From Octopus sinensis (Eukaryota): a DNA stretch of 64,000 nucleotides. The stretch spans positions 8,308,001-8,372,000 of the forward strand of contig NC_043024.1 in assembly GCF_006345805.1 (NCBI RefSeq), given 5' to 3'. The translations under genes and the position numbers were made by a program. The notes under the pieces are model-generated. The model saw nothing but the letters and a program-made list of their open reading frames with translations. It was not told the DNA's origin and made no database searches. This document shows positions 63,336 to 64,000 of this stretch, piece by piece. The stretch's first letter is position 1; each line of letters starts with the position of its first letter.

Positions 63336-64000
63336 GAGACTTTGAGTTAATTTTGGAAATTATGAAGAATTTCTTAAAATAAGTTTGTCATTTTTAAGCT
63401 GGTGTTTGGAACATAGGCATGGCTATATGGTAAGAAGTTTGCTTCCCAACCACATGGTTCTGGGTTCAGTCCTACTGTATGGCACTTTGGGCAAATATCT
63501 TCTATAATACCCTCATGCCTTGTGATTGGATTTGGTAGATGGAAATTGAAAGAAGCCTTTTCTGTGTATGTGTATATATGGAGGCACACCCATGACAATT
63601 TCCATTGAAACTGTGCAGTCCTGTGTTCTTGCTTCACTCATGGGGCAGTTATCTACCCTGTCATTATATATAAGTGTGCTTTTTCATAGCTATAAGTGGT
63701 TTATCTGTTATTTCTAGCAATATATATATACTTGTAGCATATACTATCACAATTAGTGACAACTAAATTTTGCCTATACAATTTATATTGTGCCCAGCTG
63801 CCCCAGATGAAATACCGGTAAGTATTTCGCCTGGCGTGCTCACATTTCTGCCAACCACAGTACCTTTTCGCATTTGGTCCTCAAGCAACAAGTGACCATT
63901 CCTACCCTGTGACCATTCACACACTCTCCTACCCTGATGTAATCTCCAGGGATACAGGCATCCAGCTACCGGACCTCCGTAATGCTATGATGGACCGTGA

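Noticed and set aside
41441-64000. PICALM exon 2 (expected YLxxCTNEPNV...)
   Set aside because: No matching sequence found by eye; presumed beyond the window, though a manual scan could miss it.

Overview
AT-rich, microsatellite- and SINE-dense eukaryotic DNA. The repeat families resemble those I know from Octopus, so the species call is an inference. Two protein-coding genes lie head-to-head about 25 kb apart. (1) A complete 3-exon sepiapterin reductase (SPR) is on the minus strand (16247-15707, 6353-6201, 5585-5470; 269 aa, all GT-AG, phases consistent). (2) The first coding exon of a PICALM/SNAP91(AP180)-type ANTH protein is on the plus strand (41311-41440); I found no further exon in the window. 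The rest is decayed Tc1/mariner, CR1/L2 and RTE fragments, Helitron-like elements, MITEs, at least four SINE families and large microsatellites. The most notable observation is a set of minimal type I hammerhead-ribozyme motifs of the kind associated with Penelope-like elements, in at least four unrelated short repeat families. They include a near-canonical copy in the sense strand of SPR intron 1, a copy with a compensatory G3-C8 core, and a copy fused to a tRNA-derived SINE head. Two of the families form fold-back hairpins centred on the ribozyme. Also notable are a TIR element flanked by a 15-bp direct repeat and a (TTAGGG)n-carrying MITE just upstream of SPR. All coordinates were read by eye; repeat boundaries are approximate and no searches or folding programs were run.
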